Positions 10,501 to 18,719 are shown, counted from the stretch's first letter. The stretch is 64,000 bases of DNA from a virus (IMGVR_UViG_3300021958_000044:1-64000), one strand, 5' to 3'. Numbers and translations are program-made. Notes: a model not told the origin generated them from the letters alone.

Positions 10501-10850
10501 GAAGATAGGTTGTTGCTATGCTCTGCTGCATATCCATTATCGTCGACAAATAAAGGATACACAATAGACGACTCCGACGTAGATGTTAAGTTTTGTTTTA
10601 ACGTATACGTACTGGTTGATATTGCATTTTGCGAAGGGTGAAATCCTACCACCTCTGTTCTGGTAGTATCAGAAAATGATCCCGCATCCGTTCCGTCACC
10701 ATTTATATTAATGGTTCCTGATGCAGTTAATGAGACTGAAAATTCTGTAAGAACCTGATGAACAGCATAGTCCATCTCGGCATCTTGCATCTCTTGTAAA
10801 CCAAGAAATGTACTGCCAACAGTTTCTTTTAATCTTAGAGGATTACCCAT
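4569..10850 (-). CDS. Giant Tyr/Gly/Thr-rich tetrapeptide-repeat protein, probable tail fibre (2093 aa)
   Basis: About 250-aa N-terminal domain with duplicated QEM(Q/S)DAE motif; about 1750 aa of [YFW]-x-x-x repeats split by a non-repeat core (res ~1122-1204); short C-terminal tail; located in the fibre cluster. Confidence 0.8.
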   Translation of the reverse strand: MGNPLRLKETVGSTFLGLQEMQDAEMDYAVHQVLTEFSVSLTASGTININGDGTDAGSFSDTTRTEVVGFHPSQNAISTSTYTLKQNLTSTSESSIVYPLFVDDNGYAAEHSNNLSSTIISRALSNLVSNGLGSYWLSEVNPNASLYSDSGYSVTDTNKQGTTVYKLWRKDQGVSSPSVTRPVRLNSSSIQEMSDAEIKTLAARLRNQIVDTGIGTYRLASTNPAAPGETWVLVSDDVTDTRNTISSQQYAATYVGAFDKTYSGAYIGIYEKAYNKQYEGAFTKQYEKTYVGAYTGQYTKTYVGQYEGTFTGNYTKQYEGSFVAQYTGAFEGVYVGVYTKQYQGQYVGTYLKSYVGQYSRQFEGAFNKQYEGTFTGYFSDTYSRIFLGLYTKTFLGQYTGTFIGQYVKQYTGTFEGAFNKTYTGVYVGQYEKLYIGNYTKTYVGQYEKAYTGQYEGTFTGYYTGVRQFEGVYAGNYEGTFTKQYVKTYEGAYEGVYAGSRTYAGQYADQYQKAYVGNWTKTYIGIFSRQFSGTRTYEGQYTGYFNKTYLGVNYVNQYAKLYAGSRTYNGQYSTNYLKSYTGQYTAQYEGTRTFEGTYASTTEFYTGFFLAGSFEGAYTSAYVKTYTTDYNRLYTGNYTKTYVGAYVKTYAKDYIKNYETNYTKQYQKAYTGAYVKAYTKTYVGQFDRLWTKTYEGAYTANYISSWNKNYTKEYAGIYTKLYQKAYAGIYSRNWLKQYTGLYAKIWINQYTGLYTSLWTKAYTGNWVKSYTGQWNRQYLKQYTGSYQRLYTKAYTGNYAKIWQKAYVGQYVSQWTKTYGGNYERLYTANYNKDYTASFQKAYAGLYERAFTGQYATNYLQQYSRLYGGVYQTTFSGQYATNYLQQYSRLYGGVYQTTFSGQYTTNYQVAWQKQYLKSYTGAYDRTFTGQYTTNWQVAWTRQYLKQYTGAYNTLFAGTYGTNYLVQWTKQYLKQYTGNYDRLFAGTYGTNYLVQWTRRYTRQYTGNYDRAFSGQYGTNYLVQWTRRYQKAYTGNYVRAFAGNYVKQWAKTWTKAWQKAYTGNYARQFAGTYGTNYLVQWTKAYDRQYAGTYNTTFSGQYATNFLKQWTARYARQYSGTYNTNYQREQFFLGPGTNYTGSINYARDVAFAAAKAGPFYLSTQYYAGGAVNYNNDIFPKGWIAGSNILNGEMEYNGPGTVSYARLINYTKGFTGQYTSNYDRQYSINYTRQYTGNYTRAYTGNYTKRYNRQYGTNYLKQYTGNYDRAFSGTYVTNYNVNWNRHFSVTSTGYYDNTFTGTYTSNYDRQYGTNYLKQYAGSYARQFAGTYASNYDRQYGTNYLKQYTGQYTGTFAGTYGTNYGRQYGTNYLKQYTGQYTGTFAGTYGTNYAKAYTANYAQQYTGNYARQFSGTYNTNYTKDYTANYAKQYTGNYTRDYSGNYTKQYSTNYTKQYTGNYTRDYSGNYTKQYGTNYTKQYTGNYSRQFGGTYTRNYVKNWIRTYAKQYAKLYAGQYNKQYEGAFTGTYTSNYGADYAGTYNKNYANEYAGTYGTNYTKLYEGVYNTTFVGIYNQQYEGIFSGTFSKSYGADYAGTYGTNYAGEYAGTYNTNYNKGYEGVFAKQYVATYTGLFIKTYVGQYNKQYLALYEGSFNKNYSATYEGVYTKQYLKQYTGLWSKNYINIYSALYEGAYNKNYVGNYTRDYIKSYNKNYERAYVGIFNLFYSGTFAAQYAGSRTYTGQYNKQYEGTFNKNYTKQYAGTRTYADQYGTNYAKTYAPGYVKAYAGQYAGSRTYAGQYTGNFEGAFNKTYVSVAYIKAYAKLWAGSRTYNGDYTGYYNGFYNKSYEKAYAGIYTGYYIGIYEGPQIYEGVYTGVYEGTYTKQYEGAYNTTYLGNYTKQYEGAFTGNYIKTYIGQYSQQFSKTYEGAFNKQFEGAFTKQYEGAYVGDFVKVWAGDYSGQYTKTYLGLYEGTFEGVFQRQYSGTYLKVYTKEYEGSFTGYYSSQFEKVWVGLYTKLYQGQYSQLFTGYFDKVYEGVFTGYYTTQYTKTYIGQYTKTYTKQYEGTFIGNYVATYLGNYDNAWSGLTVDSGTETISTVKLWLRVA
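6435..6590 (-). repeat. Imperfect 72-bp (24-aa) tandem duplication in the C-terminal arm of the 2093-aa gene
   Basis: atattgtttagtataattggtac recurs at 6435 and 6507. Confidence 0.85.
6698..6860 (-). repeat. 84-bp (28-aa) tandem duplication, 79 bp identical, in the C-terminal arm
   Basis: 6698-6776 equals 6782-6860; the same period is visible at 6921 and 7089. Confidence 0.9.
7786..8120 (-). repeat. Imperfect 84-bp (28-aa) tandem array in the N-terminal arm
   Basis: gtccattgaac at 7786, 7870 and 7954, and gtccaag at 8038. Confidence 0.85.
8149..8292 (-). repeat. Perfect 72-bp (24-aa) tandem duplication in the N-terminal arm
   Basis: 8149-8220 is identical to 8221-8292 (GQYATNYLQQYSRLYGGVYQTTFS x2). 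Confidence 0.95.
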
Positions 10851-10855
10851 TAATA

Positions 10856-13800
10856 CTATGCCTTAAATTTGTAAGCGCTGTCACCATAGACGCTACCGGT
10901 ATTTATAAATGTAATCCTAGCTGCATCGTAACCAATGATAGCAGATCCAGGAATTCCTCCGTCACCAGATTGACCATACTGAGTATAGTTTGTACCTGGA
11001 TTAGGCTCACTAATATCATTTGTACCAGCTGCTGGTGAATCATTAAATCCGCCAGCTCCTATACCTAATTGGCCTAGTAATCCTCCGTCTCCTCCATGTA
11101 TTCCATAATTGACAGCACTATCTGTGCCATTTCTGTTTGAATTGTTTTCTGTAATATAGCCTAATGTAGTATTGTAACCAGCACCATGACCACCATTACC
11201 ACCTGCTAATGATTCTGTAGAACCATTGACTGGGAAGCCACCGGCACCACCACCGCCACCGCCTCCAGATATTGTACCGTAGTTTTCTATAAACAAATCT
11301 ACGCCATTTTCGGTCTTAACAGCATTACCGCCATTACCACCGCTCGATCCTGTTCTTGTGGCCGGTGTTGCTGTTCCTCTAGCACCAGAAGATCCGATTA
11401 TACCACCACCATCTTTAATTAGTATTCTAACTTTATGTCTGAATATTGACCTAAGCACATTCAAAGTACTCAAATCCAATGCTGGCGAAGTTGTGGATGT
11501 TCCAAATAAAAATACCCCAGGTTCAATAGTAATGTTTACATGCTGAGGAAGCGTTCCAGGACTTGCCCCAAGATTGCTTAATTCGGTTCTCAAAACATAA
11601 TTGGTTGTATTAGAAGAGATTGTTATATCATGCCTTTGATACTTAACATGAGAAACTTTCCACTCATCCCCTTCTTTAATCCTACCAACAATTACATTTT
11701 TCCATTCATCAGCTACTTTAACATTAAGCTCTTCGACTTGCTTCATTGTGCCGCTTTCATTGATATTGCTGACACCACCGCCAGTAGTAGTTAATTCTCC
11801 TGTCTTGGTATTTGCAACGGCCGTTGTGCTAGCATAACTAGTAACATACGAAATAGGTCCTGTATAATTGTTTGTATAATGAAGTGCTTTAGATACGCTA
11901 GCATAGTTTCCTACGAATACGCCACCATATGACTTAACAAAGGTTCCTTCGTATTGCTTGTTGAATGCACCTTCGTATACCTTTGTATACGTTTTACCAT
12001 ACTGCTTAGTGAATGCACCTTCAAATTGTTTATTGAATGCGCCTTCAAAAGTTCCTGTATATTGGCCAAGATATGTTTTATTGTAAACGCCAGAATATGT
12101 TTTGACGTAATCGCCTAAGTAAGTCTTATTATATGTTTTTATATAATTTTTATTAAATGCGCCTTCGTATAGTTTTGTATACTGCTTAGTATACAGACCA
12201 ACAAACACTCTTGAGAACGTTCCTATGTCATTTCCGCCATAGTACTGTACGCCAGTAAATTGTCTAGAGTAGGTCCCTGACCACTGTGAATTCCAATTTT
12301 TACTATATGCTTTTGTCCATTGTTTAGTAAACGCACCTTCATATTGCTTAATATAATTCTTATCAAAAGATCCTTCATACTGTTTAGTAAACACACCCTC
12401 AAAGGCACCTTCATATTGTTTATGATATGACTTTATCCATTGTTTGTTATATACGCCTGTCCAATATCCAATGTAGTCTCTAGTACCTTCGTACGCTTTT
12501 GTATACTGTTCCGTAAATTGTCTGTTGTAATTTTTTGTCCACGTTTTAGAATAAATGCCAACCCATATCTGATCCCAAATTTTTGCATACTGCTTAATAT
12601 AATTTTTTGTCCAGTTTCTTTGCCATTGGCCAGTATATGCTTTTTGATAAAGTTTTGTCCACTGTCTATCATACTGTCTTTCGTAGTTTCCTGTGTACAG
12701 TTTTATATATCTTTTTGTCCAAGAGTTTTGGTATGTTCCAGTGTAATCGCCAGCATATGAATTTGCATACTCGTTTTGATAGTTTGCTGAATATTGCTTT
12801 GTCCACTGCTTAGTCCAAACTCTTTGATAACTCCCAGTAAACACTTCATCAACCGATCCAACATATTGCGGCTCAAACGAACCAACATAATTTCTACCGT
12901 AGTTTTGAGTTCCAGTCCCTTGATAGGAGGCGTTGAAACTCTCATAGAAAACAATTGGTGGATTAAACTCGGGCTCGACTTCGGTTCTTGAATACGTCTT
13001 TACATACGATGCCCCACCTTCAAATTGTTTTAAATAAGTGCCTATAAATGCTCTATGATAAGCCAATCCTCCAAAAAAAACGTTCTCACCACCAGCATAG
13101 TTGCGTAGGCCTCGATAATAATTCTCTCCATTAGCTGGTAATTGTATCCCATCAAAGGTTTGTTGGAACCATGCCCATCCTTGATACAGGCCTGTATAGA
13201 ATCTTGCCCATCCACGAATATAAGATGGACCTGGACCAGCCCAAGCTCTTGAATACGTACCTAGCCATTGAGTAGAGTATGTTGCAGTAAAATCAGCAGT
13301 AGTATACTGCCTAGACCATTGGCCGCCATATAACTTGATCCATTGTCTTTGATAGGATCCAGCCCAATCTCTAGACCATTGTCCTACCCAATTTGTATCA
13401 TACTCATTCTGGTATTGGCCCTGATATAGTTTAACATAATTACCTGTGTACTGTCTGTCGTAGTTTTCAGTATAAACGCCTTCATACACTCCTACATAGT
13501 GTTTAGTATAATCCCTAGAGTAATTTGCTCCGTAGTATCCTGTATACTGTCCCTCATAGTTATCGCCATATTGTCTCTGCCAGGTTTTAGTATATTGACG
13601 AGCATAGTTTGTTTCAAAATATTCAGTAGCTGTTCTATAGCTTTGGAACACTCCTGTATACGCAGCATCGTATGCTTTATTGTATGTTTTAGTGAACAGT
13701 TGGGTATAAATGCCTGTATAGGCTTTCTCGTATTGGCCAACGTAAGTCTTGGTATACGCTTTTGAAAAAAGATGTGTATATACTGCAGTATATTGTTTAT

Positions 13801-14287
13801 TGTAGATTTTTGTATATACGCCTACCCCGTCTCTTGCAAAAAGCCCTGTAAATGCTCCTGTATATTGTCTTGCATAAGGACCGCCAGAAAAGTTTCCTGT
13901 ATAAGAACCTTCCCATTGATGGGACCACTGGTGAGAATATTGGCCAATGTATGTTTTGGTATACGTTTTGTTATATGATTTTACATAGGCACCGACATAA
14001 GTTTTATTAAAAACGCCAGAATATTGTTTATTAAATGCGCCTTCAAACTGTCTACTATACTGCCCTACAAACGTTCCTGTGTACTGTCCTAGATAAGTTT
14101 TTGTGTATTGTTTGCCGTAAACTTTTGTAAACAGACCAACATACGTTTTTGTATATTGTCCTGTATATGCTTTAATGTAAGCACCAACGTAAAGAATCTT
14201 AGGGGCTAGGTTATCTACGCCAATAAAAGACGCATCATAATCTCTAGAACCACTTAAATAAGATTTTGAATAATTTATGTTTGCCAC
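10856..14287 (-). CDS. Tyr-rich tetrapeptide-repeat tail fibre with C-terminal gp38-like polyglycine adhesin domain (1143 aa)
   Basis: GTG start; same [YFW]xxx repeat as the neighbouring gene; C-terminus ...GGNGGNAV...LFIENYGTISGGGGGGGAGG resembles the T2/T6-type gp38 adhesin signature. Confidence 0.8.
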   Translation of the reverse strand: MANINYSKSYLSGSRDYDASFIGVDNLAPKILYVGAYIKAYTGQYTKTYVGLFTKVYGKQYTKTYLGQYTGTFVGQYSRQFEGAFNKQYSGVFNKTYVGAYVKSYNKTYTKTYIGQYSHQWSHQWEGSYTGNFSGGPYARQYTGAFTGLFARDGVGVYTKIYNKQYTAVYTHLFSKAYTKTYVGQYEKAYTGIYTQLFTKTYNKAYDAAYTGVFQSYRTATEYFETNYARQYTKTWQRQYGDNYEGQYTGYYGANYSRDYTKHYVGVYEGVYTENYDRQYTGNYVKLYQGQYQNEYDTNWVGQWSRDWAGSYQRQWIKLYGGQWSRQYTTADFTATYSTQWLGTYSRAWAGPGPSYIRGWARFYTGLYQGWAWFQQTFDGIQLPANGENYYRGLRNYAGGENVFFGGLAYHRAFIGTYLKQFEGGASYVKTYSRTEVEPEFNPPIVFYESFNASYQGTGTQNYGRNYVGSFEPQYVGSVDEVFTGSYQRVWTKQWTKQYSANYQNEYANSYAGDYTGTYQNSWTKRYIKLYTGNYERQYDRQWTKLYQKAYTGQWQRNWTKNYIKQYAKIWDQIWVGIYSKTWTKNYNRQFTEQYTKAYEGTRDYIGYWTGVYNKQWIKSYHKQYEGAFEGVFTKQYEGSFDKNYIKQYEGAFTKQWTKAYSKNWNSQWSGTYSRQFTGVQYYGGNDIGTFSRVFVGLYTKQYTKLYEGAFNKNYIKTYNKTYLGDYVKTYSGVYNKTYLGQYTGTFEGAFNKQFEGAFTKQYGKTYTKVYEGAFNKQYEGTFVKSYGGVFVGNYASVSKALHYTNNYTGPISYVTSYASTTAVANTKTGELTTTGGGVSNINESGTMKQVEELNVKVADEWKNVIVGRIKEGDEWKVSHVKYQRHDITISSNTTNYVLRTELSNLGASPGTLPQHVNITIEPGVFLFGTSTTSPALDLSTLNVLRSIFRHKVRILIKDGGGIIGSSGARGTATPATRTGSSGGNGGNAVKTENGVDLFIENYGTISGGGGGGGAGGFPVNGSTESLAGGNGGHGAGYNTTLGYITENNSNRNGTDSAVNYGIHGGDGGLLGQLGIGAGGFNDSPAAGTNDISEPNPGTNYTQYGQSGDGGIPGSAIIGYDAARITFINTGSVYGDSAYKFKA
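10900..10907 (-). promoter_or_regulatory. T4-type late promoter TATAAATA inside the 3' end of the 1143-aa gene
   Basis: Exact consensus about 50 nt upstream of the 2093-aa gene start. Confidence 0.65.
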
Positions 14288-14299
14288 TCAGGCTCTCCC

Positions 14300-14617
14300 T
14301 TACGTTAGAGTCTGATACCAAACGTCTCCATTGTTACCAACTGAATTATTAGCTGGCGCTGAAGTAGATATATAAATTCTCTGGTTTTCTGTATGAGTGT
14401 GAGAAGTTGTGTTACCAAATGTAACACCAGTTACATTAACTGACGCGTTACTAGCTGATGTTAATCTGCCTTTGGCATCAACTGTAAACGATACCAATTG
14501 TGTGTTATTAGATGTATATGCAGCTGCAGTGACGCCTGTATTAGGAAGGGCTGTATCTGTAACCTGGGCAGAGGTATTAACAATCTCCGTAGTACCATGT
14601 AATATTTTATCGGCCAT
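14300..14617 (-). CDS. Small tail-fibre-related protein (105 aa)
   Basis: Contains FTVDAKGRLTSAS and C-terminal ISTSAP...GNNGDVWYQ motifs common in phage fibre modules. Confidence 0.7.
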   Translation of the reverse strand: MADKILHGTTEIVNTSAQVTDTALPNTGVTAAAYTSNNTQLVSFTVDAKGRLTSASNASVNVTGVTFGNTTSHTHTENQRIYISTSAPANNSVGNNGDVWYQTLT

Positions 14618-17600
14618 TTATTCTTCCTCTACTCTTTCCAATTCTCTTACTCTACCAGATAACTCTTTAACTGCTTCAATGAGGAGCGGTATCAAACTAT
14701 TGTAGTTAACGGTTTTGTATCCTCGGCTATTTATGGTTACAGCATGAGGTAAGATTTGTTCTACCTCTTGTGCTAGCACACCATAATCCTTAGTTCCCTC
14801 TCTAAAGTCTCCAATAGCAGAATTCCACTCAAACTCATAACCACCAATTGACTCAACTTTATCTATTGCTGTGTCTATTGTTAATACATTAGACTTAAGT
14901 CTTTGGTCTGAACTAGAAGCAGCGACTAAATCATCTCTTGCAATAATGTTGTCAGCTATGACATATGACGCAGTTGAGTTAACAAATACGTTAGCATATA
15001 TCGATGAGTTACCAACATTAACTTTATCAGCAAGATATACTTCGCCCCACTTGTTAGATGAAGTACCTAAATCTCTAGTAGAAGTATCTGATATAAAATG
15101 CGTATTGACAACAGCATTTGCAAAATTAACTACTAGTCGATCGTTGCCGTTACCAAATTGTACTGATGCACTGTATGTAGAGTTACTTGTTGCAGCTAAG
15201 AACTGAGTAGTATCGGTGACATTTAAATTAGCTGTTCCTAATTCTGTAGCTGTCAATGTAGTGTCATCTGGTAACACTGCAGAGCCTGTTATTATTAAAT
15301 TAGTAGCATTGATTGCGTCTACAGCAAATGCAGTTTTACTGGTATTGGCAGTTAAGTTAGCATTTACAGAACTGTTACCAAAGTCAAGCTGTGTATCTAC
15401 TTGTAATGTTCCATCAACACTTACGTTAGCTTGGAACGTAGCATCGTCCTCAACATTTAATGTACTGTTAAGGTCTGATGCTCCTGCAACTGTCAATGAT
15501 CCATCAGTATCAATATTACCTGACGAAGCAATAACTGCATTTGCAGTAGAGTTACCAACTGTAATTGCACCGTCGAATTGTGATGTACCAGTGACATCTA
15601 GGTTGCTACCAATAGAAGCGCTGCCAACTATTGCTGCTGAAGCTGCATTTACTTCTCCGCTAATGTCTACGTCTGACCCAGCTGTAATGTCGCCTGATGC
15701 GTTTAATGTTGTTAGCTGGCCAGCAAATCTCTTTTCGCTTGTACCAAGAATTCTACCGTTAGCACTTGGAATAATACCTACTGTGCTGTTACCACCAATG
15801 GATCCTAATAGTTTAATTATATCGGAAGAAGCATCACCAATATCTGCACCACCGTTTAATGTTGTTTTTCCAGCAACTGTTAATGTTCCATCAGTATCAA
15901 TATTACCTGCAGAGGTAACAACAGCATTAGCGCTAGAATTACCAATTGTAATTTTGCCGTCAAACTGTGATGTGCCTGTAACGTCTAAATTAGTGCCTAC
16001 GTTTGCGGATCCAGTAATAACAACATCGCTACCTAAGAATGCTTTTTTATCTACGCCAAGTCCACCTGCAACTTTCAATGCTCCAGTTGTGTCGCTTGAA
16101 GATTCTGTTGTATCAGAAATATTTACAGCGCCACTGAAGTCACCAGTGTTAGCACTGAATACCCATCTGTGAGTAGCATCACCAAGTACCACATTATTAC
16201 CATGTAGTGGTAGAACGCCTATTGAACTGTTACCAATTGCTGATCTTATTACTAATCTGTCTTCTGCATGAGTTGCATTTGGTACTGTATTTCCAACAAT
16301 AATTTCTCTATCGTCGCCTGAATTTCTTGTCTGTACTTTGAATGCTACTGTTGAAGAATTAGATACTTCAAAAGGGTATCCAACATTAGCACTTCCTACA
16401 GCGTTTACAAACCCATCGATTTGAGCATTACCTGTAGCTGTTAAATTTACAGTTCTAACATGGTTTCCATATACATCCCATCTTAAAGCTGTCGTACCTA
16501 TTGATTGATCTGCATTAGAATTAGGAACAATGTTAGTAGCGACTCTACCATTAATTGATATGTCATCTCCAACTGCATCCCCCAATCCTACTGTTCCGTT
16601 TAGTAATGTTGCACCGGCTACCGTTAATGTACCGTCTGTATCAATATTACCTGTGTTTGCTATTACTACGTTGGCTGTTGAATTACCAATTGTTAGAGTT
16701 TGATCTATTTGTACATCTTTATCAAAGTCAGCATTGCCTTGTGTGTTTAATGTATTAGCCATTACGACAGCACCTAACAAATTACTTGTGCTGTCTACAT
16801 CTAGTGTTCCGTCTGTATGAATTCCTGATACTGATAAAGATGTATTAGCAGTGCTGTTACCAACTGTAACATCGTCATCAGCAATTTTTACTCTGTTATC
16901 GCCAGTAGAAACATGGATCGTGCTACTTACGTTAGCTGTTCCTGTTACGTTTGCGCCACCTTTTGCTCTTAGTAGTCCATCAACGTTTGCTTGGTCTTGA
17001 AGGTGTGTTGTTCCTTTAACAAACAGCTGTCCATCAGTATCCATATTACCGTTAGCCGATACTACAAGATTTGCTGTTGAGTTACCGACTGTAATAGTAT
17101 CATCAAATTGAGATGTTGAATTTACTTCTAATGTGCTTTCAAGATTTGCAAATCCTGTTACTGTTAAAGTGTTAGAGAATGATGCTGCACGTAATACATC
17201 CAGCTCGCCATTAAGATCAGTATTATTAGCAACAGTTAATGTTGATTTACCATCTATGGCTCCATGGACAGTTAACTTCTCTCCAATAGTTGCAGATTTT
17301 ACAACACCAACACCACCTGATATTCTAGTACCGCCAGTAGTATTTGATGTAGAGTTTTGCGTGTTTTCTAATGTAGTAATTCCAGATACATTTAACGTGT
17401 TGTTAAGGTCTGATGCTCCTGCAACTGTTAATGTACCATCAGTATCAATATTACCTTCTGTAGAGATGTGCGCATTTGCAGTAGAGTTACCAACCGTAAC
17501 AGTTTGATCAACTTGAACATTACCATCTACGTTTACATCAGAATCAAAGTCTGCGTTCTCTTGTACGTTAAGTTTGTCAGTCAATACCGTATTAGAGTTG

Positions 17601-18718
17601 ACTGTTAATAAATCTGAGTTAGCATCACCAATTGTAACGCCAGTACTTGTAATATTTACGTTAGTAGAAGTTACGTATACATTAGCGCCTGATAGCGCAA
17701 CGTTAGCGGCAATATTTGCATTTGTAGCTGTACTGTTAACTACTAAGTTCGAGCTAATGTTTAGCTCTCCAGAACCTATAGAGGTATTAGTAGAATCAAT
17801 TGTTGTTAAAGCATTGTCGATGTCTACTTCACTGTTAAAGTCATTTAACGTAGCATTTGACTGGAAAGTATCTACATTAGCTGTTAGTGTGACGTTATTA
17901 GAACTAAACTCTACAGTGTCTGCATGAGCATAGACATTAGCATTAAATACAGTATTTGAATCTACATTCAACTCACCACTAGCAATATATGTGTTTGTTG
18001 AATCTATTGTTGTTAGAGCATTGTCAATATCTACGTTACTGTTAAAGTCGTTTAATGTAGCGTTTGATCTTAATACGTCAGCATTTGCAGTAACGATTAC
18101 ATTGTTTGAACTTATTTCAAATCTGTTAGCGTGTGCATGAACATTAGCATTGAATACTGTATTTGAATCTATATTAAGTTCGCCACTTGCAATGTAAGTG
18201 TTTGTTGAATCTATTGTTGTCAGTCCATTATCAATATCTACGTTAGCATTGATATCGACTTGTGTGTTAAATCTGTTTCTTGTTGCGTCAGATATAAAAT
18301 CAGAGACATTGCCGTTTGCAATGAATACTGTATTAGTTGTGTTAGCTAAGATCTGGACGCCAGTGTTTGTAAAGTAAACATTAGCCTGTGCATATACTTC
18401 TGAACCATATGTACTGTTTGCAAAGAAAACTGTGTTGGTAGAAATTATTAAGTTGGCAGTAGGCGAACCAGTACCATAGTCTGTCGTGTTACCTGTGGCA
18501 CCTTGGAGCTCATCGAAAACTTTTAATGTATTAGCGCCAAAGAAACCATTTACATAACCATTGCCTATTGTCTCTGCACCTTGTGTATTTCCAAACGGAG
18601 CAGTCGTAACTACATACTTTTCCATATCGTATGTAATTCTGTTTGTTAGGTCTACCCATTCTCTAAACGTATCTGACGATGGGGTTATATTTGCACTTGA
18701 ATAAGCATTACTAGCCAT
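14618..18718 (-). CDS. Long tail fibre with C-terminal intramolecular chaperone (peptidase S74-like), 1366 aa
   Basis: N-terminal DTFREWVDLTNRI; internal beta-rich repeats; C-terminal SSDQRLKSN...YEFEWN...YGVLAQEVEQILPHAV...VNYNSLIPLLIEAVKELS. Confidence 0.85.
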   Translation of the reverse strand: MASNAYSSANITPSSDTFREWVDLTNRITYDMEKYVVTTAPFGNTQGAETIGNGYVNGFFGANTLKVFDELQGATGNTTDYGTGSPTANLIISTNTVFFANSTYGSEVYAQANVYFTNTGVQILANTTNTVFIANGNVSDFISDATRNRFNTQVDINANVDIDNGLTTIDSTNTYIASGELNIDSNTVFNANVHAHANRFEISSNNVIVTANADVLRSNATLNDFNSNVDIDNALTTIDSTNTYIASGELNVDSNTVFNANVYAHADTVEFSSNNVTLTANVDTFQSNATLNDFNSEVDIDNALTTIDSTNTSIGSGELNISSNLVVNSTATNANIAANVALSGANVYVTSTNVNITSTGVTIGDANSDLLTVNSNTVLTDKLNVQENADFDSDVNVDGNVQVDQTVTVGNSTANAHISTEGNIDTDGTLTVAGASDLNNTLNVSGITTLENTQNSTSNTTGGTRISGGVGVVKSATIGEKLTVHGAIDGKSTLTVANNTDLNGELDVLRAASFSNTLTVTGFANLESTLEVNSTSQFDDTITVGNSTANLVVSANGNMDTDGQLFVKGTTHLQDQANVDGLLRAKGGANVTGTANVSSTIHVSTGDNRVKIADDDVTVGNSTANTSLSVSGIHTDGTLDVDSTSNLLGAVVMANTLNTQGNADFDKDVQIDQTLTIGNSTANVVIANTGNIDTDGTLTVAGATLLNGTVGLGDAVGDDISINGRVATNIVPNSNADQSIGTTALRWDVYGNHVRTVNLTATGNAQIDGFVNAVGSANVGYPFEVSNSSTVAFKVQTRNSGDDREIIVGNTVPNATHAEDRLVIRSAIGNSSIGVLPLHGNNVVLGDATHRWVFSANTGDFSGAVNISDTTESSSDTTGALKVAGGLGVDKKAFLGSDVVITGSANVGTNLDVTGTSQFDGKITIGNSSANAVVTSAGNIDTDGTLTVAGKTTLNGGADIGDASSDIIKLLGSIGGNSTVGIIPSANGRILGTSEKRFAGQLTTLNASGDITAGSDVDISGEVNAASAAIVGSASIGSNLDVTGTSQFDGAITVGNSTANAVIASSGNIDTDGSLTVAGASDLNSTLNVEDDATFQANVSVDGTLQVDTQLDFGNSSVNANLTANTSKTAFAVDAINATNLIITGSAVLPDDTTLTATELGTANLNVTDTTQFLAATSNSTYSASVQFGNGNDRLVVNFANAVVNTHFISDTSTRDLGTSSNKWGEVYLADKVNVGNSSIYANVFVNSTASYVIADNIIARDDLVAASSSDQRLKSNVLTIDTAIDKVESIGGYEFEWNSAIGDFREGTKDYGVLAQEVEQILPHAVTINSRGYKTVNYNSLIPLLIEAVKELSGRVRELERVEEE
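17750..18250 (-). repeat. 207-bp (69-aa) tandem repeat, about 2.5 copies, in the 1366-aa fibre
   Basis: VDIDN(G/A)LTTIDSTNT unit recurs at 18231, 18024 and 17817. Confidence 0.85.
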
Positions 18719-18719
18719 C

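Noticed and set aside
1-14287. Diversity-generating retroelement suggested by the Mtd_N-like domain and repeats
   Set aside because: No reverse transcriptase and no TR/VR pair differing only at adenines was seen in this window.
14618-18718. N-x-S/T sequon enrichment as direct evidence of N-glycosylation
   Set aside because: In the part counted the frequency is near what the high Ser/Thr content predicts; kept only as a low-ranked hypothesis.
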